IMG/VR virus record: IMGVR_UViG_2645727991_000023
Span: 1 to 9,973 of that record
Reading direction: 5' to 3' (one strand)
Origin: a virus
Lineage: Duplodnaviria > Heunggongvirae > Uroviricota > Caudoviricetes
DNA: 9,973 nt
Positions within the stretch are counted from its first letter, which is position 1, and every line of letters begins with the position of its first letter. A program made the position numbers and the translations under genes. Shown here piece by piece: positions 5,394 to 9,973 of the stretch. The notes under the pieces are model-generated. The model did no database searches. It saw only the letters and a list, made by a program, of their open reading frames with translations, and was not told where the DNA came from.

Positions 5394-5582
5394 ATGGAAA
5401 AGTTATCACGTAATGCCAGCACGTCTGAACTTCGTTTCGAAATTGGCGTTATCACTGGAGACAAAACATTTATTGAAGACGCCATTAAGCAGAGAAAACT
5501 CGAGCAGGACCTGTTAAATGAAGTATGCATTCCTTCAATGCTGGCTCGTCTGGACCTGCTGCAAAAAGGATATAAACAATGA
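5394..5582 (+). CDS. dicB: DicB cell-division inhibitor (MinC activator)
   Basis: The 62-aa ORF starts at the ATG at 5394, with GAGGA 7 nt upstream. The segments FEIGV...EDAI..RK.E..LLN..CI.SMLARL align with K-12 DicB (62 aa) as I recall it. The longer 97-aa track ORF has no RBS. Confidence 0.9.
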   Translation: MEKLSRNASTSELRFEIGVITGDKTFIEDAIKQRKLEQDLLNEVCIPSMLARLDLLQKGYKQ

Positions 5583-5770
5583 ATACAACATTTGCACTCG
5601 TTCTGACAGTTTATCTTGTTTCCGGCGAATCTCTTGAGCTGGTGACTGGCTTATACGGTTCAATGAAAGAATGCATGGCTGCAGCAGCAGAACAAAAAAT
5701 TCCCGGTAACTGTTATCCGGTAGATAAAACTACTCACACTAATAATAACGAAATACCGGCAGGACTTTAA
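5579..5770 (+). CDS. ydfD: YdfD-like small membrane/lysis protein
   Basis: The 63-aa ORF overlaps dicB through ATGA. It has an N-terminal hydrophobic helix (FALVLTVYLVSG) and the conserved tail EQKIPGNCYPVDK...EIPAGL, as in K-12 YdfD. Confidence 0.85.
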   Translation: MNTTFALVLTVYLVSGESLELVTGLYGSMKECMAAAAEQKIPGNCYPVDKTTHTNNNEIPAGL

Positions 5771-5863
5771 AACAGCACCGTAATTAATATCCGGTTTCAA
5801 TTAAAAATGCCAGCAATGGCAGGGATTCGTTCACCCTGAAATCTGTAATGAGGTTAAAACAAA

Positions 5864-7738
5864 ATGAGTAAAGTCTTTATTTGCGCCGCCATTCCGGACG
5901 AACAGGCAATAAAGGAAGAAGGTGCAGTCGCTGTAGCTACTGCCATTGAAGCCGGTGATGAACGTCGCGCCCGCGCAAAATTTCACTGGCAATTCCTGGA
6001 ACATTATCCGGCTGCTCAGGACTGCGCTTATAAATTTCTTGTCTGCGAGGATAAACCCGGTATACCCCGCCCTGCCCTCGATTCCTGGGATGCTGAATAT
6101 ATGCAGGAAAACCGCTGGGATGAGGCGTCTGCTTCCTTTGTCCCGGTTGAGACTGAATCAGATCCGATGAACGTCACTTTTGACAAGCTGGCCCCTGAAG
6201 TACAGAACGCTGTCATGGTTAAGTTCGACACATGTGAAAACATCACCGTTGATATGGCGATTGACGCGCAGGAATTACTGCAAGAAGACGTGGCTACCTT
6301 TGACGGGCACATCGTTGAAGCACTGATGAAAACGCCTGAAATTAACGCTATGTATCCGGAACGCAAACTGTTCGCTATCGGATGGGTTAAACACAAATGT
6401 AAGCCGGGTACCAAATGGCCCGAAATTCAGGCTGAATTACGTAACTGGAAAAAACGGCAGGACGCAGAGCGCAAAGAGACTGGAAAATACACGTCTGTTG
6501 TTGATCTTGCCCGCGCCAAAGCCAACCGACAGCACACTGAAAACCCAGCAGAAAAAATCCCTCCTGTAACTGCCGCCATTCATCGCGAATACAAGCAGAC
6601 ATGGAAAACCCTGGGCAGGGAGCTGGCCTACTATCTCTGGCCTGGTGATGCGGATGCCGGAAACATTGACGGCAGCATCCTTCGCTGGGCTAAAAATGAA
6701 GTTATCGCCAGAGATCGCGAAGACTGGAAGCGCATCTCCGCATCAATGCGCAAACAACCTGATGCGCTTCGCTACAGCCGCCAGACTATTTTTGGCCTTG
6801 TCCGTGAACGCCCGATCGACATTCACAAAGATCCCGTGGCACTGAACAAATACATCACTGAATACCTGACTACAAAGGGCGTGTTTGAAGATGACGAAGG
6901 AACAAATCAGGGCACAGCTAATACTCTCTCGTCGCCAGTACCAGAAACTGACGCAGTGGAAACGGCAATTCAGGACAACGAAAAAACCGAATGCAAAGTG
7001 GAAGTCGAATCATCTGTAGAGCGTGAGGGGCCGTTCTACTTCCTCTTCAGCGACAAGGATGGCGAAAAATACGGTCGTGCAAACAAACTTTCTGGTCTGA
7101 ATAAGGCGCTGGCTGCAGGGGCTACTGAAATCACGAAAGAAGAATATTTTGCCCGCAAAAACGGTACATACTCAGGTTCACAACAAAATACTGGTGCATC
7201 TGACACGATCGCACAACCGGAGCCGGTAAAAGTTACCGCTGACGAAGTAAACAAAATTATGCAGGCAGCCAATATCAGCCAGCCTGACGCCGATAAGTTG
7301 CTTGCTGTATCACGTGGTGAATTTGTTGCAGGGATTAGCGACCCGAATGATCCGAAATGGGTGAAGGAGATTGAAACCCGCGATTCAGTGAATCAGAACC
7401 AGCAAGAAACGGAACAGAACGACCAGAAAGCGGAACAAAACAGCCCAAATGCGTTACAAAACGAGCCAGAAACGAAACAATCCGAACCAGTAGTGCAACA
7501 GGAACCGGAAAAAGTCTGCACCGCCTGCGGTCAGAGCGGTGGCGGCAACTGCCCCGATTGTGGCGCTGTCTGGGCAACGCAACATACCAGGAAACATTCG
7601 ATGAAGAGAATCAGGTTGAAGCTCAGGAGAATGATCCGGAGGAAATGGAAGGCGCTGAACATCCACACAAGGAGAACACTGGCGGCAATCAGCATCACGC
7701 CAGCGATAGTGAAACTGGCGAGGCGGCAGATCCCTTAA
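5864..7738 (+). CDS. ORF as written: YdfE-like N-terminal region with a Q/E-rich linker and a CxxC-N9-CxxC zinc ribbon. The last ~55 codons are probably out of frame.
   Basis: GAGG (5850-5853) lies upstream of the ATG at 5864. The N-terminus MSKVFICAAIPDE...FHWQFLEHYPAAQDCAYKF resembles K-12 YdfE and the N-termini of prophage proteins annotated as exodeoxyribonuclease VIII, as I recall them. The zinc ribbon CTACG...CPDCG lies at 7517-7561. Confidence 0.6.
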   Translation: MSKVFICAAIPDEQAIKEEGAVAVATAIEAGDERRARAKFHWQFLEHYPAAQDCAYKFLVCEDKPGIPRPALDSWDAEYMQENRWDEASASFVPVETESDPMNVTFDKLAPEVQNAVMVKFDTCENITVDMAIDAQELLQEDVATFDGHIVEALMKTPEINAMYPERKLFAIGWVKHKCKPGTKWPEIQAELRNWKKRQDAERKETGKYTSVVDLARAKANRQHTENPAEKIPPVTAAIHREYKQTWKTLGRELAYYLWPGDADAGNIDGSILRWAKNEVIARDREDWKRISASMRKQPDALRYSRQTIFGLVRERPIDIHKDPVALNKYITEYLTTKGVFEDDEGTNQGTANTLSSPVPETDAVETAIQDNEKTECKVEVESSVEREGPFYFLFSDKDGEKYGRANKLSGLNKALAAGATEITKEEYFARKNGTYSGSQQNTGASDTIAQPEPVKVTADEVNKIMQAANISQPDADKLLAVSRGEFVAGISDPNDPKWVKEIETRDSVNQNQQETEQNDQKAEQNSPNALQNEPETKQSEPVVQQEPEKVCTACGQSGGGNCPDCGAVWATQHTRKHSMKRIRLKLRRMIRRKWKALNIHTRRTLAAISITPAIVKLARRQIP

Positions 7739-8337
7739 TTAAGGTGAATGGTCATCACAATCTCACATCCACCAGCAGAGCGGGGATTCATCTGATGATC
7801 GACATTGAAACCATGGGAAAAAATCCCAATGCCGCGATTATCTCAATAGGCGCAATATTTTTCGATCCACAAACCGGAGATATGGGACCGGAATTTAGCA
7901 AGACCATCGATCTGGATACTGCTGGCGGAGTTATTGATCGTGACGTCATTAAATGGTGGCTGAAGCAATCACGTGAAGCGCAGTCTGCCATTCTGACCGA
8001 TGAAATCCCGTTAGATGATGCACTACTGCAATTGCGGGAATTTATCGCCGAAAACTCCGGTGAATTTTTTGTTCAGGTCTGGGGAAATGGAGCCAACTTC
8101 GACAACGTGATTTTACGCCGTTCATACGAACGGCAGGGGATCCCCTGCCCCTGGCACTACCACAACGATCGCGATGTACGCACAATCGTTGAGCTAGGGA
8201 AAGCCATAGACTTCGATGCCAGAACAGCTATCCCATTCGAAGGTGAGCGCCACAATGCACTTGATGACGCCCGTTACCAGGCAAAATACGTTTCAGCTAT
8301 CTGGCAAAAACTGATCCCGAGTCAGGCTGATTTTTAA
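7558..8337 (+). CDS. ORF as written: DEDDh (DnaQ-like) 3'-5' exonuclease domain protein. The track's TTG start at 7558 is doubtful, and a possible independent start is the ATG at 7795.
   Basis: The Exo I motif is MIDIETMG, Exo II is WGNGANFD and Exo III is HNALDDARY. The ATG at 7795 has GGGGA 8 nt upstream and lies 57 nt after the upstream ORF's stop. That start would give a 180-aa stand-alone exonuclease. Confidence 0.6.
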   Translation: MWRCLGNATYQETFDEENQVEAQENDPEEMEGAEHPHKENTGGNQHHASDSETGEAADPLIKVNGHHNLTSTSRAGIHLMIDIETMGKNPNAAIISIGAIFFDPQTGDMGPEFSKTIDLDTAGGVIDRDVIKWWLKQSREAQSAILTDEIPLDDALLQLREFIAENSGEFFVQVWGNGANFDNVILRRSYERQGIPCPWHYHNDRDVRTIVELGKAIDFDARTAIPFEGERHNALDDARYQAKYVSAIWQKLIPSQADF

Positions 8338-8406
8338 TGTTCAACCATCGCCGGTTGTGACTGGTATTCTGCAACCGGCCCTCATCTGATGTAAGAGATA
8401 AAAGCG

Positions 8407-8658
8407 ATGAGCGAAGTAATCATGATTGTCTCTCCCGGTAAATGGGTATCTGAAGAACAGCTAATTGCACTGAAAGGAATAAAAAAGGGAACGCTAAAAA
8501 AAGCCAGAGAAAAATCGTTTATGGAAGGAAGGGAATATAAGCATGTCGCCCATGACTGTATGCCATGGGATAACAGCCCATGCTTTTACAACCTGGAAGA
8601 AATAGATCGCTGGATTGAACGCCAGGCATCAGCAAGACCAAGGCGTCATCTTACTTGA
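8407..8658 (+). CDS. Excisionase-like protein (DUF1233-type Xis)
   Basis: The 83-aa ORF lies immediately upstream of int on the same strand. The segments PGKWVSEEQLIALKGIKKGTLKKAREKSFMEGREYKHV and EEIDRWIE resemble the putative excisionases of this integrase family. An alternative start is the ATG at 8422. Confidence 0.7.
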   Translation: MSEVIMIVSPGKWVSEEQLIALKGIKKGTLKKAREKSFMEGREYKHVAHDCMPWDNSPCFYNLEEIDRWIERQASARPRRHLT

Positions 8659-8677
8659 GTAAAAACAATACTAACCA

Positions 8678-9973
8678 ATGAGAGAAGCTGAAATGAAATA
8701 TCCGACAGGCGTGGAAAACCATGGTGGGAAATTACGTATCTGGTTTGTTTATAAAGGTGTAAGAGTCCGGGAAAATCTTGGGGTTCCTGACACAGCAAAA
8801 AACAGGCGCATTGCAGGTGAGCTACGCGCCTCTGTTTGTTACGCAATAAAAACTGGCGCTTTCGACTATGCAAAACAGTTTCCCGCCTCACACAATCTGG
8901 AAAAATTTGGTGAGGCCCGACAAGATTTAACCATAAAAGAACTGGCTGAAAAATTTCTGGCACTGAAAGAAACTGAAGTCGCAAAAACGTCACTCAACAC
9001 GTACCGTGCCGTCATCAAAAATATTCTGAGCATAATCGGTGAAAAAAATCTTGCATCATCGATTAATAAAGAAAAATTGCTGGCGGTACGTAAAGAGTTA
9101 CTGACTGGATACCAGATCCCCAAAAGTAACTATATTGTTACACAACCAGGGAGATCGGCTGTTACCGTAAATAATTACATGACAAATCTTTACGCCGTGT
9201 TCCAGTTTGGTGTTGATAACGGTTATCTGGCAGACAATCCATTTAAGGGGATCTCACCATTAAAGGAGTCGAGAACCATCCCGGATCCACTTTCGCGGGA
9301 GGAGTTTATCCGCCTTATTGACGCGTGCAGAAATCAGCAAGCCAAAAATTTATGGTGTGTTTCCGTTTATACTGGGATTCGCCCTGGTGAACTCTGTGCG
9401 CTTGGATGGGAAGATATAGTTCTGAAAAATGGAACAATGATAATCAGAAGAAATCTGGCAAAAGACCGTTTTACAGTACCAAAAACACAGGCGGGAACCA
9501 ATCGTGTGATTCACCTTATTAAGCCCGCAATCGACGCTCTCCGGAGTCAGATGGCACTAACGAGACTGAGTAAAGAGCATATCATCGATGTTCACCTCAG
9601 AGAATTCGGCAGAACAGAGAAACAAAAATGTACCTTTGTTTTTCAACCTGAAGTGTCAGCGAAAGTAAAAAATTATGGTGACCATTTTACCGTTGACTCA
9701 ATAAGGCAGATGTGGGACGCAGCGGTAAAGCGTGCCGGAATCCGCCATCGCAAATCGTATCAGTCGAGACACACTTATGCCTGCTGGTCGTTAACAGCAG
9801 GAGCTAACCCGGCATTCATTGCAAACCAGATGGGCCATGCAGATGCGCAAATGGTGTTTCAGGTGTACGGGAAATGGATGTCAGACAATAATAATGCGCA
9901 GGTAACGCTGTTAAATACACAGTTAAGCGAGTTTGCCCCAACCATGCCCCATAACGAAGCGATGAAAAGTTAA
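8678..9973 (+). CDS. Tyrosine recombinase, phage integrase (Rac/Qin IntR/IntQ-like, with an N-terminal arm-binding domain)
   Basis: The N-terminus reads KYPTGVENHGGKLRIWFVYKGVRVRE (DUF3596-type arm domain). The catalytic motifs are YTGIRPGE, SRHTYA and MGHAD, with a tyrosine in VYGKW. The probable true start is the ATG at 8693 (MKYPTG, 426 aa). The stop codon is at the window edge. Confidence 0.95.
   Translation: MREAEMKYPTGVENHGGKLRIWFVYKGVRVRENLGVPDTAKNRRIAGELRASVCYAIKTGAFDYAKQFPASHNLEKFGEARQDLTIKELAEKFLALKETEVAKTSLNTYRAVIKNILSIIGEKNLASSINKEKLLAVRKELLTGYQIPKSNYIVTQPGRSAVTVNNYMTNLYAVFQFGVDNGYLADNPFKGISPLKESRTIPDPLSREEFIRLIDACRNQQAKNLWCVSVYTGIRPGELCALGWEDIVLKNGTMIIRRNLAKDRFTVPKTQAGTNRVIHLIKPAIDALRSQMALTRLSKEHIIDVHLREFGRTEKQKCTFVFQPEVSAKVKNYGDHFTVDSIRQMWDAAVKRAGIRHRKSYQSRHTYACWSLTAGANPAFIANQMGHADAQMVFQVYGKWMSDNNNAQVTLLNTQLSEFAPTMPHNEAMKS

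Larger units (their letters stand above)
5864..8337 (+). pseudogene. YdfE-like large early-left gene fused to a DEDDh 3'-5' exonuclease domain, split by a 1-nt frame change near 7570/7571
   Basis: ORF 5864-7738 and ORF 7558-8337 overlap by 181 nt in different frames. After CPDCGAV the upstream frame becomes Arg/Lys-rich junk, while the other frame reads the acidic, natural-looking sequence GNATYQETFDEENQVEAQENDPEE. The total span is 2474 nt, so adding one nt gives 825 codons. Inserting one base after 7570 would read GAV-MGNATYQ. Confidence 0.55.
1..9973. mobile_element. Segment of a lambdoid (Qin/Rac-type) prophage covering the replication module, immunity switch, dicB operon and xis-int. No att site or prophage end is visible in the window.
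   Basis: The gene order matches lambda logic. Cro-like, CII-like, O-like and P/DnaC-like genes run on one strand. They diverge from a repressor followed by early-left genes, xis and int on the other strand. The integrase stop codon is at 9971-9973, so the attachment site should lie just beyond the window. Confidence 0.9.

Noticed and set aside
4830-5530. Two 111-aa minus-strand ORFs (4830-5165 and 5195-5530)
   Set aside because: They run antisense through the structured spacer, DicF and the 5' part of dicB. They are Arg/Ser/Pro-rich and lack RBSs. The 97-aa plus-strand extension of dicB (from 5289) is rejected for the same reason.
7558-7738. Programmed -1 ribosomal frameshift joining the two halves of the large gene
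   Set aside because: I saw no X XXY YYZ slippery heptamer or downstream pseudoknot-like element in the overlap. The frame change maps to a few nucleotides at about 7570, where a single missing base explains it.
5946-7991. Short ORFs on either strand nested inside the large YdfE-like/exonuclease gene (5946-6170+, 6028-6414-, 6387-6602-, 6645-6845+, 7036-7272-, 7335-7577-, 7454-7666-, 7788-7991-)
   Set aside because: They are nested in or antisense to the long coding frame and have no motifs or RBSs.
8646-9123. Minus-strand ORFs at 8646-8993 and 8866-9123, and the ORFs at 3501-3761+ and 3666-3908- overlapping the repressor gene
   Set aside because: They lie antisense to, or out of frame within, the integrase and repressor genes, which have clear family motifs. 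They show no independent signals.

Overview
This window is a gene-dense segment of a lambdoid (Qin/Rac-type) enterobacterial prophage. I found no rRNA, tRNA, CRISPR array or IS element. The minus strand from 1 to 3390 holds the early-right module: a Cro/YdaS-like HTH protein, a YdaT/CII-like protein, an O-like replication initiator with iteron-type repeats inside its own gene, a DnaC-like helicase loader and a DUF1627-like protein. Positions 3391-3490 form a divergent switch with 12-bp palindromic operators. The plus strand then carries a DicA-type repressor that lacks a protease domain (3491-3910), a second operator pair with a candidate early-left promoter (~3950-3993), and a dicB-type operon. 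That operon contains a ydfC-like gene, a ~340-nt hairpin-dense untranslated spacer, the DicF sRNA (5167-5219) with its terminator, a 21-bp long-range helix, dicB and ydfD. Next comes a large YdfE-like ORF whose C-terminal DEDDh 3'-5' exonuclease domain lies in another frame, with a 1-nt shift near 7570. An excisionase-like gene and a tyrosine integrase follow, and the integrase stop codon is the last triplet of the window. One gene breaks operon polarity: a 66-aa zinc-ribbon ORF on the minus strand (4315-4515), convergent with the early-left promoter. The items most worth follow-up are the structured RNA around dicF, the antisense zinc-ribbon gene, the intragenic origin-like repeats and the frame-split exonuclease gene. 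Family names come from my own recognition of motifs and synteny. No database search was run.
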